The notes under the pieces are model-generated. The model was not told where the DNA came from. It saw only the letters and a list, made by a program, of their open reading frames with translations, and ran no database searches. A program made the position numbers and the translations under genes. This document shows positions 1 through 10,530 of a stretch of DNA of 64,000 nt, piece by piece. Origin of the DNA: Bacteriovoracaceae bacterium (GTDB lineage Bacteria > Bdellovibrionota > Bacteriovoracia > Bacteriovoracales > Bacteriovoracaceae); NCBI GenBank assembly GCA_048270185.1, contig JBLWTJ010000001.1:1184001-1248000 (forward strand). The letters run 5' to 3'. Position 1 is the first letter of the stretch. Each line of letters begins with the position of its first letter.

Positions 1-447
1 TCCTTTTAGGCTTGCGAGTTCTAATTGAATCTTATTTATTTCATCAAGTTTAGATGAATGATTTTCAGATAGTGATTCTACTTTTTCTTTTAGCGAGTTA
101 ATTTGTGAAATGACTATTTTCTTTTGCTCAGTTAATTCGACAAGACTCTCTTCTTGGGCCTTGTTAAGTGATTTGATTTTTTGAATTCTTTGTTCAAGGA
201 TTTCCTTATCCGCAACTTCATCAGTTAACGCTGATTGAATTCTCTTTAACTCATTTTCACTTTTAGACAGTTTAATTTTTTGTAATTCAATACTTCTCTT
301 AAGCTCACCATTACTTTTAACAAGACCATTAAGATCTCTTGTCGATTGCTCTAGGGCCTTATCGTTTGCTTCTTGTAATTTAAGTATTTCTTCCTGAGAG
401 ACAGGTTCATTAATAGTCTTTTTACTTCGTAATTTAAATAGATTCAT
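1..447 (-). CDS. Coiled-coil hypothetical protein (partial, runs off window start)
   Basis: Not in ORF track. ATG at 447 with GAGGAACC upstream; translation begins MNLFKLRSKKTINEPVSQEEILKLQEANDKALEQSTRDL, E/K/L/Q-rich, apparently open to base 1. Confidence 0.7.
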   Translation of the reverse strand, partial: MNLFKLRSKKTINEPVSQEEILKLQEANDKALEQSTRDLNGLVKSNGELKRSIELQKIKLSKSENELKRIQSALTDEVADKEILEQRIQKIKSLNKAQEESLVELTEQKKIVISQINSLKEKVESLSENHSSKLDEINKIQLELASLKG

Positions 448-618
448 ATGGTTCCTCGCTACACTATATTTTCTCACTAAAGCCCTTTAAAATAAGCAGG
501 TGGCAAGATTTGCATTGGCGCAGCGCTAAGTTATTTTAGGCCATGTGATATCAATGGATTTGGACGATTAACCGAGCAAACTACTTTGCTTTAAACTCTT
601 GTCTTCGCTTTCTTAAGC

Positions 619-1425
619 GTGCATATTAGCTACATGATTTTTTTAATATATATGGCCGTTGGCGCTTTTGTTGGAACACTCTCGGGACTCTTTGGAATTG
701 GAGGCGGTATTGTCATTGTTCCAACTCTTCTTTATATCTTTCAAGAACAGGGATTTAACCCTAAAGTGACTATGTTCATGGCACTTGGAACTTCACTTGC
801 AACCATTGCAATAACGGCCGGAGCATCAACTCTACGCCATTACAATATGGGTAATTTACTTGATGAAGTGACAAAGAAACTACTACCTGGTCTCTTTCTT
901 GGAATCATAGGTGGCGGTTTACTAACAAAAGCAGTTGAAGCTTCGACTCTTGAGATTGTCTTTATTTGTTATCTCTACTTAATTTCTCTAAAAATGATCT
1001 TCTATAAGTCCAAGGTTGAAGAACCTAAAAAGACATCTCCCCTGCTGTTTTCAATTACTGGTTTTCTCATTGGATTTAAATCATCAATTCTTGGCATTGG
1101 TGGTGGAACAATTAGTGTTCCCTTTATGACTTGGCGTGGTTATCAAATGAAGAACGCTGTGGCAGTCTCTGCTTCGCTAGGGGTGCCAATTTCGTTAATC
1201 GGAAGTAGCTTCTACATATATAATGGCCTTGAGAAAGCGACACCGCAGTACTCTCTTGGGTATATCTACCTACCGGCATTCTTTGGAATCTGCATTGCTA
1301 GCTTCTTCTTTACAAAGCTTGGAGCAAAGATATCAACAGTCGCTAATCAAGCGCTGCTTAAGAAATTCTTTGCCTTGATGTTAATTGGAATTGCAGTTAA
1401 GAAAAGCCTGGTTTATTTCAACTAA
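619..1425 (+). CDS. TSUP/TauE-SafE family permease
   Basis: Duplicated G(L/I)xGIGGG motifs (GLFGIGGG, ILGIGGG), about 8 TM segments; ATG at 634 may be the true start. Confidence 0.85.
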   Translation: MHISYMIFLIYMAVGAFVGTLSGLFGIGGGIVIVPTLLYIFQEQGFNPKVTMFMALGTSLATIAITAGASTLRHYNMGNLLDEVTKKLLPGLFLGIIGGGLLTKAVEASTLEIVFICYLYLISLKMIFYKSKVEEPKKTSPLLFSITGFLIGFKSSILGIGGGTISVPFMTWRGYQMKNAVAVSASLGVPISLIGSSFYIYNGLEKATPQYSLGYIYLPAFFGICIASFFFTKLGAKISTVANQALLKKFFALMLIGIAVKKSLVYFN

Positions 1426-1883
1426 ACGTTCAAAGCTTTATTAATAACTTGTTTCAAACTAATAAAAGATTCAGTTGATTGAATTTCTTTGATGATTTGT
1501 ATTTTACCGATAAGAAAGTCATGGAAGTGATTAATATCTTTCACAATAATCTTAACAATGAGACCAAAATCCCCGGTAGTATAATAGGCCTCAACAACTT
1601 CATCAATTTTCTCTAATTTCTCAATGACCTTATGGATATCACGAGCGTTCACTAAGTGAAGTCCAAGTAGGACCACTACACCATGGCCTAATTTTGAGTA
1701 ATCGACTTTAACACTACTACCAATAATAATGCCGGCCTCTTTCAGTTTTTCAACTCTTTGATGGATAGTTCCTCCGGAGACCCCTATTTTACGGGCCATT
1801 TCGAGGAAGGGCATACGGGCATCTTCTTCCATTAATTTAATAATTCTCTTATCAGTACTATCAATTTCGTATTTTTCGGCCAT
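1422..1883 (-). CDS. asnC: Lrp/AsnC family transcriptional regulator
   Basis: IDSTDKRII..DARMPFLEMARKIGVSGGTIHQRVEKL HTH plus RAM domain (YYTTG); divergent from asnB. Confidence 0.85.
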   Translation of the reverse strand: MAEKYEIDSTDKRIIKLMEEDARMPFLEMARKIGVSGGTIHQRVEKLKEAGIIIGSSVKVDYSKLGHGVVVLLGLHLVNARDIHKVIEKLEKIDEVVEAYYTTGDFGLIVKIIVKDINHFHDFLIGKIQIIKEIQSTESFISLKQVINKALNV

Positions 1884-2011
1884 TTATAACTCCAATAATA
1901 CGATATTATCATAAAAAACATCAGTTTATTAAATAATCATCAAAATGAACACTAAAGTATTGAGAAATTGTTAAAAAATGTCGATTATTACTTACGATAT
2001 GGAGGTTTTCG

Positions 2012-3592
2012 ATGTGCGGATTTAGTGTATTTACAGGAAAAGTTGAAAAAGAAGAATTTACAGAGAAATTTGATCTCATCTCTCACCGAGGGCCAGATCA
2101 AAGAGCAATTCATGAACTAGCTCATGGGTTAATGGGATTTCATCGTCTTGCCATTATGGACTTAAGCGAAGCTGGTTCACAGCCGTTTATTTCTAAGGCC
2201 AAGACACATCTTGTTTGTAATGGAGAAATCTACAATCACCGCACACTTAGAACTGACTATATCGAAAGATATGATTTTAAATCAGATTCAGATTGTGAAG
2301 TCATTATTCCAATCTTTGAAGAATATGGAATTGAAAAACTTCTTAGAAGCCTTGATGGTGAATTCGCCTTTGTTATTGAACAAGATGGTAAATTCTATGC
2401 TGGCCGTGATCCAATCGGTATTCGCCCACTCTTCTATGGAAAATCACTTACAGATGGAAAGGTTGCCTTTGCGAGTGAAGTAAAAGCACTACAAGGACTA
2501 TGTGAAGATATAAAACCATTTCCTCCAGGACACTACTATGAAGATGGTGAGATTAAGTCATACTTTGATGTTAGAGAAATTAAAACACGTAAAGAAGAAG
2601 ACTTAGAAGTTATCTATAAAGGTATTCACGACCACTTAGTGGAAGGAGTAAGAAAGCGTCTCGATGCTGATGCACCAGTTGGATTCTTACTATCAGGAGG
2701 ACTTGATTCTTCACTTGTTTGCGCTATCGCAGCAAAGCTTAGTGATCGTCCAATTAAAACATTTGCCGTTGGAATTGATACAAATCCAATTGATTTAAAG
2801 TATGCACGCATTGTTGCTGACTTTCTAGGAAGTGAGCACCACGAAGTTATCTTTACCAAAGAAGAGGCCTTTGAGCATTTAGATGAGCTTGTTCACAAGC
2901 TTGAAACATGGGATATCACGACGATTAGAGCATCAATGGGTATGTCTCTTGTGTGCAAGTACATCCGAGAGAAAACTGATGTGAAGGTTGTTCTAACTGG
3001 TGAAGTAAGTGATGAACTCTTTGGCTATAAGTATACTGATTTTGCACCAAGTGCACTAGAATTCCAAAAAGAAGCTCAAAAACGTGTTCATGAATTATAT
3101 GTTTACGATGTTCTTAGAGCTGATCGCTCAATTAGTTCACACTCTCTTGAGGCCCGCGTTCCTTTTAGCGATAAGTCTTTTATTGAATATGTCATGGGAA
3201 TTGCTCCTGAGCAAAAAATGAACTGGTCAGGAGAAGGAAAGTATCTTCTAAGAAAAGCATTTGATCATAGCGACTATCTTCCTGATGAAATCCTATGGCG
3301 CGAAAAAGCGGCTTTTTCAGATGCTGTAGGACATGACATGGTTGACTGGTTAAAGGCTCTAGCAGAAGAGAAGTACAGCGATTCTGAGCTTGCTGATGCA
3401 GCTTTAAAATACCCAGTAGGAACTCCTTTTACAAAAGAATCTTTAATGTATCGTGACCTTTTTGAGAGTCATTTTGCAGGTCTTGTTGATTTAATTCCAG
3501 ATTTTTGGATGCCTAATAAAGAATGGGAAAATTGTCAGGTTGATGACCCTTCGGCCCGCGTTCTTCCAAATTACGGTGATTCAGGAAAATAG
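2012..3592 (+). CDS. asnB: Asparagine synthase (glutamine-hydrolysing)
   Basis: N-terminal MCG, HRGPD, NGEIYN, LSGGLDSS, C-terminal DPSAR; GGAGG RBS. Confidence 0.95.
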   Translation: MCGFSVFTGKVEKEEFTEKFDLISHRGPDQRAIHELAHGLMGFHRLAIMDLSEAGSQPFISKAKTHLVCNGEIYNHRTLRTDYIERYDFKSDSDCEVIIPIFEEYGIEKLLRSLDGEFAFVIEQDGKFYAGRDPIGIRPLFYGKSLTDGKVAFASEVKALQGLCEDIKPFPPGHYYEDGEIKSYFDVREIKTRKEEDLEVIYKGIHDHLVEGVRKRLDADAPVGFLLSGGLDSSLVCAIAAKLSDRPIKTFAVGIDTNPIDLKYARIVADFLGSEHHEVIFTKEEAFEHLDELVHKLETWDITTIRASMGMSLVCKYIREKTDVKVVLTGEVSDELFGYKYTDFAPSALEFQKEAQKRVHELYVYDVLRADRSISSHSLEARVPFSDKSFIEYVMGIAPEQKMNWSGEGKYLLRKAFDHSDYLPDEILWREKAAFSDAVGHDMVDWLKALAEEKYSDSELADAALKYPVGTPFTKESLMYRDLFESHFAGLVDLIPDFWMPNKEWENCQVDDPSARVLPNYGDSGK

Positions 3593-3648
3593 TCTGTTCC
3601 GGCTCCTGCCTCCCGCAGACATACCGTACATTTTGTACATAAAAAAGC

Positions 3649-3676
3649 AAAAGCCCCTCAATTGAGGGGCCTTTTT
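3649..3676. terminator. Bidirectional intrinsic terminator between asnB and lon
   Basis: GCCCCTCAATTGAGGGGC inverted repeat (3653-3670) flanked by A and T tracts between convergent genes. Confidence 0.8.
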
Positions 3677-3712
3677 AACAAGTATTAATTAATTTTACAG
3701 GAGGAAAGCAGC

Positions 3713-6121
3713 CTAGTTAGCTACTTCCATCCCTTTCCCAGAGTCAATTACTTTTAAACCTACATGTTGCATGAACTTCTCTGGCTCAGATAGATTTAGA
3801 GCTAGTTTTAGTACATCTTCAACATGAGTTACAGGATGAACTGAAAGTCCTTGTTTGATTTCCGGTGGGATCTCAAGTAGGTCTTTTCTATTCTTCTCAG
3901 GAATAATAACAGTTGTTACTCCTGCCTGTTTTGCTGCAAGCATTTTTTCCTTTAGGCCACCAATTGGAAGAACACGTCCTCTAATTGTTACCTCTCCAGT
4001 CATTGCGACATCTTGTCTTACAGGGATTCCCGAAATCGCCGAAGTGATTGCAGTTACCATTGTAATACCAGCAGATGGTCCATCTTTTGGAGTTGCACCT
4101 TCTGGTGCGTGGATATGAATATCATGCTTATCAAACCATTCTGCATCAACACCTAAGCGTCCTGCAATTGAACGTACATAGCTCATTGCCGCTTTTGCTG
4201 ATTCAGTCATTACTTCACCAAGCTTACCAGTGATTTGAATACCACCTTTACCTGGAACAGCAATCACTTCGATATGAAGAAGACATCCACCAACTGAAGT
4301 ATAAGCTAGACCATTTACTAAACCTACTTCTGGCTGCTCTTCAATCACATTGTCATCAAATTTAACAGGCCCTAGATATTTCTGAACTTGTTTTGAAGTG
4401 ATTGAGAACTTCTTCCCTTTCTCGATATCTCTCGTTACAACATCAGTTGCAATCTTTCTTGCAATTGTGTTGAATTGTCTTTCAAGCCCACGAACACCTG
4501 ACTCTTTTGTATAACCACGAACAACTTCCATGATTGTATTGTCAGAGATTGCATATTCATAATCTTTAAGACCGTTATCTTTCCAAGCACGTGGTGCAAG
4601 GTATTTCTTAGCAATTTGAGTTTTTTCGATTGGAGTGTAACCTGCAAGGTTAATGATCTCCATTCTATCTCTTAGAGGACCTGGAATTTGTCCTAGGTCA
4701 TTTGCTGTCATAACGAACATAACTTTTGATAGATCGTATTCTACTTCAATGTAGTGATCTCCAAAGTTCTTATTCTGAGCTGGGTCTAGTACTTCTAGCA
4801 TTGCTGAAGCAGGATCCCCTCTCATATCAGAAGTCATTTTATCAATTTCATCTAGTAAGATAACTGGGTTTGAAGTCCCTGCTTTCTTAACAGCATTGAT
4901 AATTTTCCCTGGCATCGCACCAACATATGTACGACGGTGACCACGGATTTCTGATTCATCGCGAACACCACCAAGAGAAACTCTTTCAAATTTTCTTCCT
5001 AGTGATTCAGCTAGAGACTGACAAATCGACGTTTTACCAACACCTGGAGGCCCAGCAAGACAAAGGATTGTTCCCTTACCATCTGTTCCAACAAGACTTC
5101 TTACCGCAAGATACTCAAGAATTCTTTCTTTAACATCTTTCATTCCGAAGTGGTGATCGTCTAGTACTGCTCTTGCATGTTCAACGTCATTATTATCTTC
5201 TGTATACTCTCCCCATGGAAGAGAAAGCATCCAATCAATATAGTTTCTAACAACCGCTGATTCAGCAGACATTGGAGACATTGATTTAAGCTTTTTAATT
5301 TCTTTTGTAACTTTCTTAACGGCCTCTTCTGGCATTACTTTCTTAGCAAGACGCTCTTCCATTTCTTGAACTTCAGATTTTTCATCTTTTTGCCCAAGTT
5401 CTTTTTGGATAGCATTCATTTGCTCGTTTAAGTAGTACTCTTTCTGAGACTTTTCCATTTGAGATTTTACGCGAGTTCTAATTCTTCTCTCAACGTTAAT
5501 AATCTCGATTTCACCTTGCATTTTCTCAAGAAGAAGTTGAAGTCTCTTCTCAATATCCACAGCTTCAAGGATCTCTTGTTTTTCAGGGATCTTCATTGAA
5601 AGGTGGGCAACGATGATATCAGCTAATCTTGAAGGATCAGTGATTGATGAAATACTCATAAGTAATTCTGGTGGAATTCTCTTATTAAGTTTCACATATT
5701 GTTCAAATACATTCTTAATTGATCTAACTGTTGCTTCGATTTTAACTTGCTCAGGTACTTCTGGCACACATTTAGTAACGTCGGCCCAATAACCTTCACT
5801 CTTTGATTCGAACTCTTCAATTGTTGCTCTATACTTCCCTTCGATAAGTACTTTAACAGTATTATCTGGAAGACGTAGCATTTGAATAATATTTACAACA
5901 GTTCCAATATTGTAAACATCTTCACGATCAGGGTTTAAGATGCTTGCATCCTTTTGTGTTACTAGAAAGAGCTCATTACCATTTTTTGATGCTTCTTCAA
6001 GAGCGTTGATAGACTTCTCTCTTCCAACAAATAGTGGTACCACCATGTGTGGAAAAATAATCATGTCTCTTAACGGAAGTAATGGTAAGCTTTTCGACTC
6101 ATTAGACTTCTTGTCTGACAT
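3713..6121 (-). CDS. lon: Lon protease
   Basis: LPLLPLRD N-domain, Walker A GPPGVGKT, PKDGPSAG catalytic Ser, IGGLKEK; start moved to ATG 6121 after GGAGG. Confidence 0.97.
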   Translation of the reverse strand: MSDKKSNESKSLPLLPLRDMIIFPHMVVPLFVGREKSINALEEASKNGNELFLVTQKDASILNPDREDVYNIGTVVNIIQMLRLPDNTVKVLIEGKYRATIEEFESKSEGYWADVTKCVPEVPEQVKIEATVRSIKNVFEQYVKLNKRIPPELLMSISSITDPSRLADIIVAHLSMKIPEKQEILEAVDIEKRLQLLLEKMQGEIEIINVERRIRTRVKSQMEKSQKEYYLNEQMNAIQKELGQKDEKSEVQEMEERLAKKVMPEEAVKKVTKEIKKLKSMSPMSAESAVVRNYIDWMLSLPWGEYTEDNNDVEHARAVLDDHHFGMKDVKERILEYLAVRSLVGTDGKGTILCLAGPPGVGKTSICQSLAESLGRKFERVSLGGVRDESEIRGHRRTYVGAMPGKIINAVKKAGTSNPVILLDEIDKMTSDMRGDPASAMLEVLDPAQNKNFGDHYIEVEYDLSKVMFVMTANDLGQIPGPLRDRMEIINLAGYTPIEKTQIAKKYLAPRAWKDNGLKDYEYAISDNTIMEVVRGYTKESGVRGLERQFNTIARKIATDVVTRDIEKGKKFSITSKQVQKYLGPVKFDDNVIEEQPEVGLVNGLAYTSVGGCLLHIEVIAVPGKGGIQITGKLGEVMTESAKAAMSYVRSIAGRLGVDAEWFDKHDIHIHAPEGATPKDGPSAGITMVTAITSAISGIPVRQDVAMTGEVTIRGRVLPIGGLKEKMLAAKQAGVTTVIIPEKNRKDLLEIPPEIKQGLSVHPVTHVEDVLKLALNLSEPEKFMQHVGLKVIDSGKGMEVAN

Positions 6122-6417
6122 AGCACCTCCTGCACTATTAATACTTGTCATTTAATTCTGGGAAAAGGAGAAGAGTTATGTAGACCTCATGTCTAAATCT
6201 TAACCTTTTATAAATTGTATCAATGATGGCCATAGATTTGGGGATTTTTTTTGCAGGAATCTTATGCCCCTAAATAAATTCACAGTGCAAAAACCTATAT
6301 TTTTAAGGGCTTAACATACCTGAGTGATGAACACAGTTTAGCTAAAAAAATCTGACATTTATAAATGGTCTCAAAATGCACTTTGTAAAAATTAATTGAA
6401 ATGAAAATTTTCTTGAT

Positions 6418-6445
6418 AAAAAAAAGGCCAGACATAAGTCTGGCC
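6418..6445 (-). terminator. Intrinsic terminator downstream of the DUF3373-like porin
   Basis: GGCCAGAC-ATAA-GTCTGGCC stem-loop with a U-tract on the minus strand. Confidence 0.8.
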
Positions 6446-6475
6446 CATTATGGAGTAAGTTGTATTTAAAACTTC

Positions 6476-7798
6476 TTAGAAGTTTGTAATTAGTCTTGCG
6501 TAACCACCGTTAACTTTCTTCTCAACGTCTGCTCCAGCACCTAGAACTCCGTTAGAGTAAAGCTTATCGCGAGTTTGCATCATATAACCTAGAATAAGTC
6601 TCATATCGCTATTCATATCATATGAAGTAAAAAGGTGGTGACCAGTTGAAGCTGGAGTTGAGTAGAACCCCATTGCATCAACATCTGCTAGACCAATTTG
6701 GAATGCATAGTCGTCAGCTTTTAAGAACTCATATCCAACTTTTAGTTTTCCAAGAGTGTATCTTGCATCAACCATAATTACGTTACCGCTATTCTTTCCA
6801 TCTGTTCCATTAGTGAAAACACCAACATCAGATTGACCAAGGCCAGATAAAGCAATCTTACCTCTTGAATCAACAGTTGATCTCTTGAAAGTAAATCCAA
6901 GATCAAGTCCTGTATTAGCGACACCGTTTAGCTCTAAGTAAGCAACGAAGGCACTGTAGTCAAAGTTTAGATTAGAGATTGTTTGACCATTCGTAGGATT
7001 TACGAAGTCTAAGTAGAAATCATTAAATCCAACATACTGACCAATAAAATTTAGTCGATTTGTCCAACCAAGGTTTAGCTTTTCATAGTCAATCATTCCT
7101 GAGTACATTTGCTCAGTTGAACCTACTTTAAGTCCACCAGTTCCTAGGTATCGACTATCAATTGCTGTTCCAGCATTATTAACTTGATCTAGTGGAGTAT
7201 AAATAGCTCTTAAAGCTAGAGTTCCACCTAGAGCTTTTACACCGTAAGTAAGGGCCATACCATCAAGTTCAGCACCATATGCCAATTGAGGATAAGTTCC
7301 AGAACGAGCAGTCCCCTTTTGTAGGTGATATGAAGGTCCTTCAATTGTAGGAAGACGTCCAATAGTGAATGTTAGAGCATTACTTACTTTGTAATTGATA
7401 AATGCTCTTTCAACATACATCTCAGCACCAGACTTATCACGCCCAGCTGAACCAGAAGCCGTAACAGTTGAAGGTAGAGAGCTTGATCTTGTTGTGAAAT
7501 CATTGAAGTATTTAGACATCGCAAGACGTCCGTAAAAATCTAACTTATCACTTCTCTTTGAGTGCATATCAAATCTTGCCCATAGTGAGTATTGATCTTC
7601 ACTATAGTTTTGATTTTGAGTTGTATTTTCTACATCAAAGTAATCATAGCGAGCTTCTAACTCACCAGAGAATGTCCATGTATTTAAATCTCTTGATAGT
7701 TCTAGATCTTCCACTCTATCTTCAAGACTTGCACCGTAAGCTGTTGTTGAAAGTACTGCAAGTGCAATAATTGTTTTTTTCATAGTATTCATTTTCAT
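6476..7798 (-). CDS. Outer-membrane beta-barrel protein, DUF3373-like porin
   Basis: Signal peptide MKKTIIALAVLSTTAYG, short coiled coil LEDRVEDLEL, FYGRLAMSKYF, YVERAF, IGRLPTIEGP, C-terminal Phe; start set at ATG 7798 after AAGGAG. Confidence 0.7.
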   Translation of the reverse strand: MKMNTMKKTIIALAVLSTTAYGASLEDRVEDLELSRDLNTWTFSGELEARYDYFDVENTTQNQNYSEDQYSLWARFDMHSKRSDKLDFYGRLAMSKYFNDFTTRSSSLPSTVTASGSAGRDKSGAEMYVERAFINYKVSNALTFTIGRLPTIEGPSYHLQKGTARSGTYPQLAYGAELDGMALTYGVKALGGTLALRAIYTPLDQVNNAGTAIDSRYLGTGGLKVGSTEQMYSGMIDYEKLNLGWTNRLNFIGQYVGFNDFYLDFVNPTNGQTISNLNFDYSAFVAYLELNGVANTGLDLGFTFKRSTVDSRGKIALSGLGQSDVGVFTNGTDGKNSGNVIMVDARYTLGKLKVGYEFLKADDYAFQIGLADVDAMGFYSTPASTGHHLFTSYDMNSDMRLILGYMMQTRDKLYSNGVLGAGADVEKKVNGGYARLITNF

Positions 7799-7817
7799 TT
7801 TTTTCTCCTTAATTGAA

Positions 7818-8078
7818 TTAACCACCAATTGACGATGAAGCATCTTTACACTGAAGCGTACATCCATTACCAACATCTACCGTTGCACCAGAACAAGTCT
7901 TAAACTTGATAACATTTCCAGAACGACCAGGTGTGGCCATCCCTTCTGCATCTGCTTTTGATTTTTTACATTGTTTTACAACAGCATTAATGAAGTCATC
8001 CTTTGCACCAGCAAATGCAACAGGTGACAATAGTGAAATTCCTAATAGAAAAGGAATAATCCTTGTCATTCTCATCAT
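7818..8078 (-). CDS. Small secreted 4-Cys protein
   Basis: Signal peptide ending AFA, about 63-aa mature part with 4 Cys; GAGGAA RBS; 19 bp upstream of the porin gene. Confidence 0.7.
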   Translation of the reverse strand: MMRMTRIIPFLLGISLLSPVAFAGAKDDFINAVVKQCKKSKADAEGMATPGRSGNVIKFKTCSGATVDVGNGCTLQCKDASSSIGG

Positions 8079-8238
8079 CTTCCTCCTTGAACGAGAATTG
8101 TTTATCCTAAACGAATGATTAATTCTTATCGAAAATGAAGAAAAAAGATAGAGGGTATCTAAAGATTTCCTAAAGAAAATCTATATAAATCCCTCTTTTT
8201 ACTGAAAATTAAACTAAATTTACTGTAAACGAATAGTT

Positions 8239-10332
8239 TTAAGATGCCTTTTTCTCAATTTCCTTCTTAGGCATCTCAAGAACCTGGCCCATTTTTGGCC
8301 CTGATGGTTTTTGCTTATTCCTCACGCTCACACCACCAATAATTTCATCTTGGAGTGTATCGAGAACGCTTTGAAGGTTTTGAGTTTCACGATTTAACTG
8401 CTCTGCATACTTAAGAGTCTTTGTTGCAATCTCAGTATTATCTTGAGCAACTTCTTGAAGTTGATTCATAGCACTTGAGATATTTGAAACACCTGACTCT
8501 TGCTCTGTTGTTGCCGAAGATATTTCATGCGACATGGCCGAAACATTTTTTACTCCTTCAACAATCTCACTAAGAGCGTCACTACATTCACTTGAAATTT
8601 TAATCCCTTCTTCGATCTTGATCTTAGATTGATCAATCATCGATTGAACAGATTCTTTATTTTCTTTTACGATTTTTTCAACATATGTCACTGATTGAGT
8701 AAGGATTGCATTGATTTCCTCAGAAGCCTTACCAGACATAGTTGCAAGGTTTCCTACTTCTTCTGCTACGACAGCAAAGCCTTTACCGTGCTCTCCAGCT
8801 CTTGCGGCTTCAACAGATGCGTTAAAAGAGAGAAGTTTTGTTTGGAAAACAATATCATTGATAACTTGAGTCTTATCATTAATTTCATTAATCAGATTTA
8901 CAATTTCAGAAATTTTCTGACTTCCTTCATTTGTCGTCATTAACACTTGCTCATTAGCTTCTTGAATATTCTTCATAGAAGAAACAACATCATTTACTTT
9001 ATTCTTTCCAGACATGGCAACATCTTCATTAGAGCGTGAGACATCAACTGATTGTGCAGCATTTTCTGCATTCATCTTCACCATACTTGATAGTTCATCT
9101 AGCGTTGAAGCCGTCTCATGAATAGCCTGCGCTTGAGTTGAAGATAAATCATTCACTCGGTGAGAAACACCATTTAACTCTTCGACAAATTTTAAAGTTG
9201 ATTTTGCTGAACCTTCCAAGCGAGAAACAACATCAGTTAGCTGAGAATATAATTTTTTAACCGTTACAAAAGATATCGCGCAACAGAAGATTAAAACAGC
9301 AGCTAGCGTTGCATAAAAGAGGTTTTGAAGACTAATAATTTCACCATAGGCTTGCTTCTCAGTCATACCAATAATTAATTTCCACCCCATCGCTTCGAGA
9401 AATTTCTTATTTTTAATTTTTCCAAATGAATAAAGGTAAGGAACTTCCTTATGTCCTAGAATATGACCATGAATAGAAGTTGTTAATTCTTCTTTATCAA
9501 ATTCCTTATTACCTTTTGTAAATATTTGTTTCTTCAAATTATATTCTTTGAAATCATGAAGTGGTTTTGTTTTACTCTCATAAGATTTATCATAAGAGCT
9601 AATTACTAAACCAGAGTCAGTAACTAAATGAATTTCAGAAGAGGACATACCGTTCTTATTTAGTACCTCATAAAGATTTTGCATCTCTTTTTCAAACCAA
9701 CGGCTTCCAACAAATGCACCTAGTACAGCTATAGGATCACCATACTCATCTTCGATCAAAGTCGAAAAGTATTGTCCCATTTTATCCGTTCCATAAACAC
9801 TTGAAAGTAACTTACTGTGTTCAACTTCACCAACATAGGCTCCAAAAATTTTCTTATCATAATTTTCAACATACTTACCTTTTGAAGTTTGTTGAAACCA
9901 TGTATCATTTTTAAAGTTATGTGATTTTACAAAGCTATTGTTTAATTTCTTTCCTGCACCATCAATCTCAGAGTGAGCGATAAGCTTTCCATCAAGTCCC
10001 ACTAGGAAAATCATGTCTGTATCAGGATATAGAGTGACGAGCTCATTTAATAAGAATGTCGATGCCTCAACATTCTTTTCTTTTAAATCTTTATTGCGAG
10101 CAAATGACTGAATATTATTATACTTAGTATAAAATAGCTCTGATACCGCATTTGTTAGATTGTTGTAATAAAGAACAAAACCATCTCTCTTGCTAGCTTT
10201 CTGATCCTCTATCCCCTTTTGAAAAGGAATAAAAACCGCCGTCGTTATAAAGAGTACCATTCCAATAGAAATGAAATATAGCTTCTCTTTTAGACCGATA
10301 GAAAACTTTGAAAGGAATTTTGGTTTGTTCAT
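8239..10332 (-). CDS. Methyl-accepting chemotaxis protein with large periplasmic (Cache-like) sensor
   Basis: Two TMs; [30 protein letters not shown] signalling hairpin. Confidence 0.95.
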   Translation of the reverse strand: MNKPKFLSKFSIGLKEKLYFISIGMVLFITTAVFIPFQKGIEDQKASKRDGFVLYYNNLTNAVSELFYTKYNNIQSFARNKDLKEKNVEASTFLLNELVTLYPDTDMIFLVGLDGKLIAHSEIDGAGKKLNNSFVKSHNFKNDTWFQQTSKGKYVENYDKKIFGAYVGEVEHSKLLSSVYGTDKMGQYFSTLIEDEYGDPIAVLGAFVGSRWFEKEMQNLYEVLNKNGMSSSEIHLVTDSGLVISSYDKSYESKTKPLHDFKEYNLKKQIFTKGNKEFDKEELTTSIHGHILGHKEVPYLYSFGKIKNKKFLEAMGWKLIIGMTEKQAYGEIISLQNLFYATLAAVLIFCCAISFVTVKKLYSQLTDVVSRLEGSAKSTLKFVEELNGVSHRVNDLSSTQAQAIHETASTLDELSSMVKMNAENAAQSVDVSRSNEDVAMSGKNKVNDVVSSMKNIQEANEQVLMTTNEGSQKISEIVNLINEINDKTQVINDIVFQTKLLSFNASVEAARAGEHGKGFAVVAEEVGNLATMSGKASEEINAILTQSVTYVEKIVKENKESVQSMIDQSKIKIEEGIKISSECSDALSEIVEGVKNVSAMSHEISSATTEQESGVSNISSAMNQLQEVAQDNTEIATKTLKYAEQLNRETQNLQSVLDTLQDEIIGGVSVRNKQKPSGPKMGQVLEMPKKEIEKKAS

Positions 10333-10367
10333 CGATAAATCTCCAAATTTAATCTGATTTGAACAAT

Positions 10368-10395
10368 TGATCGGAGTAGTACTAAATAAACTTTA
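10368..10395 (-). promoter_or_regulatory. Putative sigma28 (FliA) promoter of the MCP
   Basis: Minus strand TAAA-N16-TCCGATCA, 35 nt before the start codon; MCP genes are classic sigma28 targets. Confidence 0.65.
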
Positions 10396-10476
10396 GGATT
10401 TCTTTAGCTAAGATAAGCAAATAGCTAAAAACTCGAAATACTTTCTATTGCTTAACTGTATTTTATTGAGATGAAT

Positions 10477-10504
10477 AAAAAAGGCCAGACATATAAGTCT
10501 GGCC
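10477..10504 (-). terminator. Intrinsic terminator of clpPX
   Basis: GGCCAGAC-ATATAA-GTCTGGCC stem-loop with a U-tract on the minus strand. Confidence 0.8.
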
Positions 10505-10530
10505 AATTTATTTAGAAATTTATTTAAGTA

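Noticed and set aside
501..514. TGGCAAGATTTGCA as a sigma54 promoter
   Set aside because: GG-to-GC spacing is 2 nt shorter than the strict -24/-12 requirement.
7818..8078. Small protein as a cytochrome c
   Set aside because: No CxxCH motif.
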